Of a stretch of DNA of 64,000 nt, positions 35,864 to 44,517 are shown piece after piece; position 1 is the first letter of the stretch, and every line of letters begins with the position of its first letter. The notes under the pieces are model-generated. The model saw only the letters and a list, made by a program, of their open reading frames with translations, was not told the origin of the DNA and did no database searches. The DNA comes from an uncultured Actinomycetes bacterium (lineage in GTDB: Bacteria > Actinomycetota > UBA4738 > HRBIN12), in NCBI GenBank assembly GCA_963695975.1, contig CAVOIB010000006.1, positions 20,482 through 84,481 on the forward strand, written 5' to 3'. The translations under genes were made by a program, and so were the position numbers.

Positions 35864-36997
35864 GTGAGCGAGATCACGGACGTCCTCGAGGCGATCGAGT
35901 CCCTCTCGGCGAAGGGCGAGAAGATGGCGCTCGCCACCATCGTCGCGGTCCGCGGATCGACCTACCGGCGGCCCGGCGCTCGACTGCTGGTGCCGGAGGA
36001 CGGAGCTCCGGTCGGCAATATCTCGGGCGGCTGTCTGGAGGGCGACGTCGCCGACATGGCGCGGATCGTCATGGAGGAGGGCCGCGCGCGGCTCGCGGGA
36101 TGGGACCTGACGGCCGACGACGACGAGGTCTGGGGTCTTGGCCTCGGCTGCAACGGCGCGATCGAGGTGTTCATCGAGCCGGCCGAGCGAGCCGCCGACG
36201 TGGCGGGCGCACTGCGGATGGCCCTGGAGGAAGAACGGCCGATCAGCGTCGTGACCGTGTTGGAGTCGATGCTCGACGCCGTGCCCTCCGGCGCCCGGAT
36301 CGTGGTGAAACCCGACGGCACGAGCGAGGGTTCGCTCGGGGACGCGGATCTCGACCGAGCGGCCATCGAGGCGGCGACCGAGCAGCTCGCGGCGCAGACG
36401 TCGGAGATCCGCGTTCTCCCCGGCGACATCCGCGCGTTCGTCGAGGTGCTGGAGCCCCCCCTCCGCCTGTTGATCTGCGGAGCGGGACACGACGCGATCC
36501 CGCTGGTAAAGGCCGCGTCGATCCTCGGCTGGAACGCGATCGTCGTCGACGACCGTCCTGGCTTCCTCACGGCCGAGCGCTATCCGGGCGCAGCGGGATT
36601 CGTTCCCGTCGAACGTCCGGCGGATGCCGCGAAGATCGCCATCGCGGACGAGCGCACGTTCGTCACCGTGATGACCCATAACTTCCTGCGGGACAAGGAG
36701 TACCTACGGTCGTTCCTGGGATCGCCCGCCACGTACATCGGGATGCTCGGACCCGCCGCCCGAACGCAACGCCTCCTGATGGAGCTGGCCGAGGAGGGGG
36801 TGATCATCTCCGATGACGACCGAGCCAGGATCCACGGCCCGGCGGGACTCGACCTCGGGAGCGAAGGACCGGAGGAGATCGCCGGGTCGATCGTGTCCGA
36901 GATCGTCGCGGTCCGCCGAGGACGCGCGGGTGGATTCCTCAAGGAGCGCCCCGGGCCGATCCACGACCGGCCCCGCCCGGGCGCCGAGGCCCGCTGA
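35864..36997 (+). CDS. XdhC/CoxI family Moco maturation protein
   Basis: LATIVAVRGSTYRRPGA, ISGGCLEGD, GLGCNG, CGAGHDA, MTHN, GPAGLDLG. Confidence 0.9.
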   Translation: MSEITDVLEAIESLSAKGEKMALATIVAVRGSTYRRPGARLLVPEDGAPVGNISGGCLEGDVADMARIVMEEGRARLAGWDLTADDDEVWGLGLGCNGAIEVFIEPAERAADVAGALRMALEEERPISVVTVLESMLDAVPSGARIVVKPDGTSEGSLGDADLDRAAIEAATEQLAAQTSEIRVLPGDIRAFVEVLEPPLRLLICGAGHDAIPLVKAASILGWNAIVVDDRPGFLTAERYPGAAGFVPVERPADAAKIAIADERTFVTVMTHNFLRDKEYLRSFLGSPATYIGMLGPAARTQRLLMELAEEGVIISDDDRARIHGPAGLDLGSEGPEEIAGSIVSEIVAVRRGRAGGFLKERPGPIHDRPRPGAEAR

Positions 36998-37000
36998 ACC

Positions 37001-37067
37001 TACATCGGTACCTGTCCGTACATCTGTCAGGTTGCCGGTTGCAGCCACGCGTGCGATAAACAGATGT
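37001..37067. promoter_or_regulatory. Repeated half-sites upstream of coxM
   Basis: TACATCGGT (37001), TACATCTGT (37019) and inverted ACAGATGT (37060). Confidence 0.45.
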
Positions 37068-37121
37068 CCGCCCGGACAGCGGGCGAAGGTTACCGCGCCA
37101 GTTGGAAGGAGATGCGCACCG

Positions 37122-37991
37122 ATGTTGCCCTCTCGCTTCGATTATCACCGGCCCGCGACGCTGGAAGAAGCCCTCGATCTTCTCGCCACCCACGGCGAGG
37201 ACGCGAAGGTGCTCGCCGGCGGCCAGAGCCTGATCCCCATGATGAAGCTGCGGTTCGCGTCGCCGGCCCACCTGATCGACGTGAACCGGATCGCGGGTCT
37301 GGACGGCATCTCTGACGGCGACGGCGGCCTGAAGGTCGGCGCGCTCGTGCGGCATAACCAGTTGGTGGCCTCCGACGTGGTGAGTGCCCGGTACCCCACG
37401 ATCGCCTCCGCCGCGCCGCAGATCGCCGACCCGCTCGTGCGCAACCTGGGCACGATCGGCGGCTCGCTCTCCCACGCCGACCCCTCCGGCGACCTCGGCT
37501 CGGTGATGCTCGCGCTCGGTGCGAGCGTCGTGCTGACGAGCGCGAACGGCGAACGAGAGGTCCCGATCGGCGAGTTCCTGGTCGACACGTTCCAGACGTC
37601 GATCGCGCCCGGCGAGATGCTCACCGAGGTCCACGTCCCGGCTCCGGGCGCCCGTTCGGGCGGCACCTACCTGAAGCTCGAGCGCAAGGTTGGCGACTAC
37701 GCCACCGTGGCGGCCGCGGTCTTCTTGTCGATGAGCAACGGATCGATCGGCGCGGCGGGTCTAGCGCTCACCTCCGTGGGGCTCACGAACATCAAGGCGA
37801 CGGCGGCCGAGGCAGCGCTCGTGGGCCAGGCGCCGAGCGAGGCCACGTTCGCCGAGGCGGCGCGTCTCGCCGCCGAGGCCTCCAGTCCGGTCACCGACGT
37901 CCGCGGGAGCGCGGACTACAAACGCCACATGGTCGACGTGTACGTTCGGCGCGGACTCGCGACCGCCGCCGAGATGGCCGGCGCGGCCTGA
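37122..37991 (+). CDS. coxM: CO dehydrogenase medium (FAD) subunit
   Basis: VLAGGQSLIPMMKLRFA, ADPLVRNLGTIGGS, KLERKVGDYA. Confidence 0.92.
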   Translation: MLPSRFDYHRPATLEEALDLLATHGEDAKVLAGGQSLIPMMKLRFASPAHLIDVNRIAGLDGISDGDGGLKVGALVRHNQLVASDVVSARYPTIASAAPQIADPLVRNLGTIGGSLSHADPSGDLGSVMLALGASVVLTSANGEREVPIGEFLVDTFQTSIAPGEMLTEVHVPAPGARSGGTYLKLERKVGDYATVAAAVFLSMSNGSIGAAGLALTSVGLTNIKATAAEAALVGQAPSEATFAEAARLAAEASSPVTDVRGSADYKRHMVDVYVRRGLATAAEMAGAA

Positions 37992-38011
37992 CCCGAGAGG
38001 AGACGCCAACG

Positions 38012-38497
38012 ATGGAAGTCACGGTCAACGTCAACGGAAGTGAGCGGACGGCCGACGTCGAACCCCGCCGGCTGCTCGTCCACCTCATCCGCGAAGACTT
38101 CGAGCTCACCGGCACGCACATCGGCTGCGACACGACGAGCTGCGGCGCGTGCACGGTTCTGCTCGACGGAACGCCGGTGAAGTCGTGCACGGTGTTCGGC
38201 GTCCAGGCCGACGGCCGCTCGGTCACGACCGTCGAGGGCCTGGCGACCGCGGCCGGGCTCAACCCGATCCAGGCCGCGTTCAAAGAAGAGCACGGCCTGC
38301 AATGCGGGTTCTGCACCCCCGGGATGATGCTCGTCGGATCCGCGCTCATCGCGGACAACCCCGACCCTACCGACGACGACGTCCGATGGGCGATCTCGGG
38401 GCAGATCTGCCGGTGCACCGGCTACATGAACATCGTGAAGGCGATCCAGGCCGCGGCGAGGGCGAAGGCCGAAGCCTCCGCGCCCGCCAACGCCTGA
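38012..38497 (+). CDS. coxS: CO dehydrogenase small (2Fe-2S) subunit
   Basis: GTHIGCDTTSCGACTV, QCGFCTPG, CRCTGY. Confidence 0.93.
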   Translation: MEVTVNVNGSERTADVEPRRLLVHLIREDFELTGTHIGCDTTSCGACTVLLDGTPVKSCTVFGVQADGRSVTTVEGLATAAGLNPIQAAFKEEHGLQCGFCTPGMMLVGSALIADNPDPTDDDVRWAISGQICRCTGYMNIVKAIQAAARAKAEASAPANA

Positions 38498-38517
38498 GCG
38501 GAAGGAGCTCGACGAAG

Positions 38518-40875
38518 ATGGTAGACACCGAAGAGATCCGCGGGATCGGACACAGCGTCCGTCGCGTCGAGGACGACCGGTTCATCCGCGGCGTAGGCAA
38601 CTACATCGACGACATCCACCTGCCCGGGATGCTTCACATGGCCATCCTGCGGAGTCCCTACGCGCACGCGAACCTGAAGAGCGTCGACGGTTCGAAGGCG
38701 CAGGCGCTCGACGGTGTGATCGCGGTCGTGACGGGCGAGCTGATGGCGCAACACGGCCTGGCGTGGATGCCGACGCTCTCGGGCGACACGGAGGCGGTCC
38801 TCGCGACCGACAAGGTGCGCTTCCAGGGGCAAGAGGTCGCCGCCGTGATCGCGACCGACCCGTACATCGCGAAGGACGCCCTCGAGCTGATCGAGGTCGA
38901 CTACGAGCCGCTGGATCCGGTCACCACCCCGCAGCAGGCGCTACGGGCCGACGCCCCGGTGATCCGCACCGACAAGGAAGGCCAGACGAACAACCACATC
39001 TACGACTGGGAGACGGGCGACAAAGAGGCGACCGACGCGGCGTTCGCCGCGGCCGACGTCGTGGTCTCGCTCGACACGTTCTACCCGCGGTGCCACCCAG
39101 CCCCGCTGGAAACCTGCGGCTGCGTCGCCGACATCAACCCCGCCACGGGTCAGGCGACGATCTACATGACGTCGCAGGCACCGCACCTCATCCGAACGGT
39201 GTTCGCGCTCGTCGCCGGACTTCCTGAGGAGAAGATCCGGATCATCTCGCCAGACATCGGGGGCGGCTTCGGGAACAAGGTGCCGGTCTACCCGGGATAC
39301 GTGGTCGCCACGGCGGCGTCGCTCCTGCTCGGACACCCCGTGAAATGGATCGAGGACCGCTCGGAGAACCTCATCTCGACCGGGTTCGCGCGCGACTATC
39401 ACATGTCGGGTTCCCTGGCGTTGAAGAAGGACGGGACCATGCTCGGCTTGCGGGCGTCGCTTCTGGCCGACGAGGGCGCGTTCTACGCCGACGCGCAGCC
39501 GTCCAAGTTCAAGGTGGGGCTGTTCCACATCGTGAGCGGGTCCTACGACCTGCCGGCGACCCACGTCACGGCCGAGGGCGCGTACACGAACAAGGCCCCG
39601 GGGGGCGTCGCCTACCGTTGCTCGTTCCGGGTGACGGAGGCCTCGTACCTGATCGAGCGTCTGGTGTCGAACGCCGCCTACGAGCTGGGGATGGATCCGG
39701 TGGAACTCCGGAAGAAGAACTTCATCCAGAAGGACCAGTTCCCGTACACGTCGTCGACGGGATTCGTCTACGACAGCGGCGACTATCAGGGGGCCATGGA
39801 CAAGGCGCTCGAAATGATCGGGTACGACGACCTGCGCAAGGAACAGGCGGAGGCGCGCGCCCAAGGCAGGCTGTACGGCATCGGCGTCGCGTCGTTCACC
39901 GAGGTCGTCGGGGCCGGCCCCGCGAAGGACTACGACATCATCGGTGTGAAGATGAACGACGGCGCCGAGCTTCGCATCCATCCGACCGGCAAGGCGATCC
40001 TCAAGATCAGCTGCCAGACGCAAGGTCAGGGGCACGAGACCACGTTCGCCCAGATCGTGGCCGGCGAGCTTGGCATCCAGCCTGAGGACATCAAGGTGAT
40101 GCACGGCGACACGGACAACACGCCGTACGGTCTCGGCACGTACGCCTCACGCTCCACGCCGACGTCGGGCGCCGCCACGGCCATGGTCGCCCGTCGCGTC
40201 CGCGAGAAGGCGATGAAACTCGCCGCGCACCTGCTCGAGGTCGCGGAGGAGGACGTCGAGTACGCCGATGGCAAGTTCTCCGTGAAGGGCGCGCCGGATC
40301 AGGTGAAGACGATCCAGGACGTGGCGTTCGCCGCCTACACCAACTTCCCCGAGGGCATGGAGGCCGGCCTGGAGGGCAACTACTACTACAACCCGCCGAA
40401 CCTGACGTTCCCGTTCGGGACGTACGTCGTCGCGGTCGAAGTTGACCCAGACACCGGCGTGTGGAAGGTACGGCGGATGGTCGCGGTCGACGACTGTGGG
40501 GTGCGGATCAACCCGATGATCGTTGAGGGCCAGATCCAGGGCGGGCTCACCGAGGGGTACGCGATCGCCGCGATGGAGCTGATCACGTTCGACGAGGTCG
40601 GCAACGCGATCGGCACGAACTTCACGGACTACCTGATCCCGACCGCGTGGGAGACGCCGAAGTTCGAGCTGGGCGAGACCGTCACGCCGTCCCCGCACCA
40701 CCCGATCGGCGCGAAGGGCGTCGGCGAGTCGGCCACCGTCGGCTCCCCCGCCGCGTACGTGAACGCCGTGATCGACGCGCTCTGGCCCGATGGTGTGAAG
40801 AACATCGACATGCCGGTCACCTCGGCGAAGGTGTGGGAGGCATTGGAGGCCGCGAAGGCGGGCTCCTCGGCGTGA
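38518..40875 (+). CDS. coxL: Aerobic CO dehydrogenase large subunit, form I (Mo-Cu)
   Basis: AYRCSFR at 39610..39630; AWMPTLSGD; M-S-L gene order. Confidence 0.96.
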   Translation: MVDTEEIRGIGHSVRRVEDDRFIRGVGNYIDDIHLPGMLHMAILRSPYAHANLKSVDGSKAQALDGVIAVVTGELMAQHGLAWMPTLSGDTEAVLATDKVRFQGQEVAAVIATDPYIAKDALELIEVDYEPLDPVTTPQQALRADAPVIRTDKEGQTNNHIYDWETGDKEATDAAFAAADVVVSLDTFYPRCHPAPLETCGCVADINPATGQATIYMTSQAPHLIRTVFALVAGLPEEKIRIISPDIGGGFGNKVPVYPGYVVATAASLLLGHPVKWIEDRSENLISTGFARDYHMSGSLALKKDGTMLGLRASLLADEGAFYADAQPSKFKVGLFHIVSGSYDLPATHVTAEGAYTNKAPGGVAYRCSFRVTEASYLIERLVSNAAYELGMDPVELRKKNFIQKDQFPYTSSTGFVYDSGDYQGAMDKALEMIGYDDLRKEQAEARAQGRLYGIGVASFTEVVGAGPAKDYDIIGVKMNDGAELRIHPTGKAILKISCQTQGQGHETTFAQIVAGELGIQPEDIKVMHGDTDNTPYGLGTYASRSTPTSGAATAMVARRVREKAMKLAAHLLEVAEEDVEYADGKFSVKGAPDQVKTIQDVAFAAYTNFPEGMEAGLEGNYYYNPPNLTFPFGTYVVAVEVDPDTGVWKVRRMVAVDDCGVRINPMIVEGQIQGGLTEGYAIAAMELITFDEVGNAIGTNFTDYLIPTAWETPKFELGETVTPSPHHPIGAKGVGESATVGSPAAYVNAVIDALWPDGVKNIDMPVTSAKVWEALEAAKAGSSA

Positions 40876-41798
40876 AGCCGGACGTCCTTGCGCTCGCGGC
40901 GGAGCTGTCGGGGCGAGGCGAGCCGTTCGTGCTGGCCACCGTCGTGTGGCGGCGCGCGCCTTCGTCGGGTAAGGAGGGCGCGACCGCACTGATCACGCCC
41001 GACCGGCGCGTGCGCGGATGGCTCGGCGGGGCGTGTGCCGAGCCGACCGTGGTGCGGGAGGCGCTTCGCGCGTTGGAGGAGGGCTCGCCACGTCTGCTCT
41101 TCCTCGGTTCGCCGGAGGAACTGGAGGGCCGTGCTCGTGACGGCGTCGTCACGGTCCCGATCGCGTGTCAGAGCGAAGGCGCACTGGAGGTCTACGTGGA
41201 ACCGGTCCTGCCGCAACCGCAGCTCGTGGCCATCGGACGTTCGCCCGCCGCCGCAGCGCTTGCGGCGCTGGCGACCGGCTTGGGCTGGCGCAGCGTCCTG
41301 ATCGAAGACAGCGGAGAGCTGGACGCCGACGTAGACGAACGCTCGTACGTCGTCGTGGCGACACAGGGGCACTTCGATGAGGACGCATTGGAGCACGCGC
41401 TCACGACGCCTGCGGCCTACGTCGGGCTGGTCGCGTCGCGCAAGCGGGCTCAGGCGGTGCTCGGGTACCTGCGGGACCGGGGCGTTTCCGACGATGCGCT
41501 CGCACGTGTGCACGCGCCCGCCGGGTTGGATCTCGGACACGTGGCCACCGATGAGATCGCGGTCGCGATCATGGCCGAGATCGTGCAGCTCCGAGCGGCC
41601 GGAGCGTTGGAGCCGGGAGCGGTCACGGAGGCGCCAGCTCGACACGAGGAGATCGATCCGGTCTGCGGCATGACCGTCGACGTGGCCGACGCGCGTTTCC
41701 GGACGGTGCACGACGGACAGACCTACTACTTCTGCTCAGCGGGATGCCTGGCATCGTTCACGAAGGACCCGGCCTCGTACCTGACGGTCGCTCCGTGA
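40872..41798 (+). CDS. XdhC/CoxF family protein with C-terminal YHS domain
   Basis: LATVVWRRAPSS, LGGACAEP, APAGLDLG; DPVCGMTV...YYFCSAGC. Confidence 0.88.
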   Translation: MKPDVLALAAELSGRGEPFVLATVVWRRAPSSGKEGATALITPDRRVRGWLGGACAEPTVVREALRALEEGSPRLLFLGSPEELEGRARDGVVTVPIACQSEGALEVYVEPVLPQPQLVAIGRSPAAAALAALATGLGWRSVLIEDSGELDADVDERSYVVVATQGHFDEDALEHALTTPAAYVGLVASRKRAQAVLGYLRDRGVSDDALARVHAPAGLDLGHVATDEIAVAIMAEIVQLRAAGALEPGAVTEAPARHEEIDPVCGMTVDVADARFRTVHDGQTYYFCSAGCLASFTKDPASYLTVAP

Positions 41799-41820
41799 CG
41801 GCGCCGGTAGGCTGACCGTC

Positions 41821-42423
41821 ATGCTGATCGAGAACGCGTTCACCGTGAAGGCGCCGGTTGACCTGCTCTGGAACTACCTGCTCGCCGTCGAGAAGATCGC
41901 GCCGTGTATGCCGGGCGCCGAGCTGACCGAGGTCATCGACGATCGCAACTGGAAGGGCAAGCTCAACGCGAAGTTCGGCCCGGTGAGCCTGTCGTTCGCC
42001 GGGACGGTGTTCATGGAAGAACGCGACGACGCGCTACATCGGGTTGCGCTGACGGCCAAAGGCATGGAGGCCAAGGGCAAAGGCGCTGCGAACGCGAAGG
42101 TGACGTCCTGGCTCGAGCCGGGTCCGAGCGAGGACACGACCACGGTGAAGATGTCGGCCGACATCACGCTCACCGGCGCCGCGGCGCAGCTCTCGCGGGG
42201 CTTGCTTCCCGAGATCACCAAGAAGCTCACGCAACAGTTCGCCGATTGCCTGGAAGCCTCGATGACGGCCGAGGGCGCGGAGGCCGCCGGTGCGGTTGCA
42301 GGACAGGCGGCTCGTCCGACGGCAGCCAAGCCGGTAGGCGGGATCGGGCTCGGGATCTCCGCGATCTGGTCGATGATCTCCGGCTTCTTCCGCAGACTGT
42401 TCGGGCTGAAGGCCAAGTCCTGA
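41821..42423 (+). CDS. coxG: CoxG (SRPBCC) quinone-shuttle/membrane anchor
   Basis: IAPCMPGAEL, FGPVSLSFAG, QFADCLE; amphipathic C-terminal helix. Confidence 0.88.
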   Translation: MLIENAFTVKAPVDLLWNYLLAVEKIAPCMPGAELTEVIDDRNWKGKLNAKFGPVSLSFAGTVFMEERDDALHRVALTAKGMEAKGKGAANAKVTSWLEPGPSEDTTTVKMSADITLTGAAAQLSRGLLPEITKKLTQQFADCLEASMTAEGAEAAGAVAGQAARPTAAKPVGGIGLGISAIWSMISGFFRRLFGLKAKS

Positions 42424-42433
42424 GGCGACGCAA

Positions 42434-43003
42434 GTGATCTCGGGTGTCGTCCTGGCGGCCGGCACCGGGACACGGTTCGGAGCGACGAAGCAGTTGGTCG
42501 TTGTCGATGGCAAACCCCTCGCGCAGCACGCGATCGACGCGTTGGTGGACGCCGAGGTGGACGAACTGATCGTGGTGACCGGCCACGACGCCGTCCGAGT
42601 GGCATCGGGACTCGCGCTCCCGCCCGACGCGCGCGTGGTCTACAACGCCGCGTACCGCGAGGGACAGTCGACGTCGCTCGGCGCGGCGCTGCACGCGCTC
42701 GGCGACGAGAGCGAAGCCACGGTCGTGCTGATGGCCGACCAGCCGGGCGTCACGGCCGAGGTCGTCCGCGCGCTGGTCACTCGCTTCCGCGCGACCCGCA
42801 AACAGATCGTGCGCGCGATGTATCGAGACGGCCCAGGTCCGACGCTGCTGTCACGCGAGATCTACGCCGAGGCAGGGCATCTACACGGAGACGTCGGAGC
42901 CCGGGTGTTGATCGCATCCAATCCCGAATGGGTGGAGGACGTCGCGATCGACACGCCAGCGCCCCACGACATCGACACTCCGGAAGATCTCGAGCGTCCG
43001 TAG
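42434..43003 (+). CDS. Molybdenum cofactor cytidylyltransferase-like nucleotidyltransferase (MocA-like)
   Basis: VVLAAGTGTRFGATKQL, GQSTSL, MADQP, GDVGAR, DIDTPEDL. Confidence 0.88.
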   Translation: MISGVVLAAGTGTRFGATKQLVVVDGKPLAQHAIDALVDAEVDELIVVTGHDAVRVASGLALPPDARVVYNAAYREGQSTSLGAALHALGDESEATVVLMADQPGVTAEVVRALVTRFRATRKQIVRAMYRDGPGPTLLSREIYAEAGHLHGDVGARVLIASNPEWVEDVAIDTPAPHDIDTPEDLERP

Positions 43004-43031
43004 ATCCACCGAGGACGTCGTCTCCGTCAGC

Positions 43032-43262
43032 ATGATCTACCCGCAGGTCCTCCCTCGGTTCCTCGACGACACGCTCGCCGCGTTCCAGCGAGCGAGCGAT
43101 CTCCTCACCGAGGCCGGGGGCAAGCACTACATCGCCGACTGGCTAGGTGACATGCGCCAGGAGGACTGTCGCCGGCACTTCGGATCCCACTACGACCGGT
43201 GGGTGGAGTCGAAGCAGATGTTCGATCCTGTCGGTGTCTTCTGCTCGCTCTTACTGTCCTGA
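43032..43262 (+). pseudogene. C-terminal remnant of an FAD-linked oxidase (VAO/cytokinin dehydrogenase-like tail)
   Basis: GGKHY...HFGSHYDRW...K.MFDP.GV resembles VAO-family C-termini; N-terminal domain absent. Confidence 0.45.
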
Positions 43263-43691
43263 TCCATCACCCTCCCGAGGGGGGCGAACCATCGTCCGGT
43301 CGTTCGCGGGCTCGAATCCGAACTTCGCGTAGAGCCCGTGGGCGTCGCGCGTGCCCAGATACCACTGGAGATCGCGATGCTCCGGATGCTCGACCGCCTC
43401 GCGCACCAGCTCTTCGCCGATCCCCCGGCCGCGATACTCGGTTAGCACGAACACGTCGCCCAGCCAGGCCACGCTTGAGCCATCCGAGACCACGCGACTG
43501 AACCCGACGAGCCGATCGCCGTCGTAGGCCGCAACCACGCGTGCCGACTCGCGAACCAACCGCTCGATCGTCTCGCGCGAACGACCTGGCACCCAATAGG
43601 CCTCTTCGCTCAGGTACCGATACACGGCGTCGACGTCGACACGGTTGCGATCGTCGTCGATCTCGATCCCTTCGGGCAGCGATCGTCGCAT
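43251..43691 (-). CDS. GNAT family N-acetyltransferase
   Basis: VGFSRVVSD, WLGDVFVLTEYRGRGIG, TRDAHGLYAKFGF. Confidence 0.9.
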   Translation of the reverse strand: MRRSLPEGIEIDDDRNRVDVDAVYRYLSEEAYWVPGRSRETIERLVRESARVVAAYDGDRLVGFSRVVSDGSSVAWLGDVFVLTEYRGRGIGEELVREAVEHPEHRDLQWYLGTRDAHGLYAKFGFEPANDRTMVRPPREGDGSGQ

Positions 43692-44506
43692 CAGCAGGTC
43701 AGCCCCAGCCGGCGATGTCGGAGTGCGGGCAACACCTGGCGGATCCGCCGCAGCTCCCCCATGTCCAGCTCGGCGAACCACACCCCGTCGCCCTCTTCGG
43801 GTGCACGCACGCTGATCCGTCCCCACGGATCGACGACCATCGAGTTCCCGAACGAGCGCCGGCCCTTTTCCGGCGGACCGAACGTGCCCCACTGCCCTGT
43901 CGCCACGACGTAGCACTGGTTCTCGATCGCCCGAGCGCGCAACAGGATCTCCCAATGGTCCTTGCCGGTCTCGTACTGGAACTGCGCCGGCACCGCGAGC
44001 ACCTCGGCGCCGAGCACCATGAGTCCCCGGTACAGCTCGGGGAACCGCAGGTCGTAACAGATCGACAGACCGATCCGCCCGACGTCGGTCTCGTGCGTAA
44101 CCAGCTGATCCCCCGGCGTGAACGTTGCCGATTCGCGGAATGGCGGCTGCCCCTGCAGTTCGACGTCGAACAGGTGGATCTTGCGGTACCGGGCCACGAG
44201 CTCGCCGTCGCGATCGAACAGCGGCGACGTGTTGTAGATGCGGTCGTCGTCACGCTCAAGGACGCTCCCGCCGATGATCCACATCGAACGATCACGTGCG
44301 ATCGTCGACAGCCGTTCCGTGATAGGGCCGGGGATCGACTCCGCAGCTTCGACGCGACCGGCCGCCGTACCGAGGTAGACGAAGGTCTCGGGTAGGGTCG
44401 CGACGTCCGCACCGCCGTCGGCGGCCTCGGTCAGCAGGCGTTCGGCGAGGACGACGTTGGCCTCGACCTCCTCACCCGACCGCATCTGGCATAGGGCGAC
44501 CCGCAT
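43691..44506 (-). CDS. Carbon-nitrogen hydrolase (Nit1-like amidase)
   Basis: LPE, YRKIHLFDV, ICYDLRFPE, ARAIENQ (E-K-C triad). Confidence 0.92.
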   Translation of the reverse strand: MRVALCQMRSGEEVEANVVLAERLLTEAADGGADVATLPETFVYLGTAAGRVEAAESIPGPITERLSTIARDRSMWIIGGSVLERDDDRIYNTSPLFDRDGELVARYRKIHLFDVELQGQPPFRESATFTPGDQLVTHETDVGRIGLSICYDLRFPELYRGLMVLGAEVLAVPAQFQYETGKDHWEILLRARAIENQCYVVATGQWGTFGPPEKGRRSFGNSMVVDPWGRISVRAPEEGDGVWFAELDMGELRRIRQVLPALRHRRLGLTC

Positions 44507-44517
44507 GGTCGCCCAGT

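Noticed and set aside
36998-37121. Moco riboswitch upstream of coxM
   Set aside because: I could not recognise the conserved multi-stem architecture; an Infernal/Rfam search would be needed.
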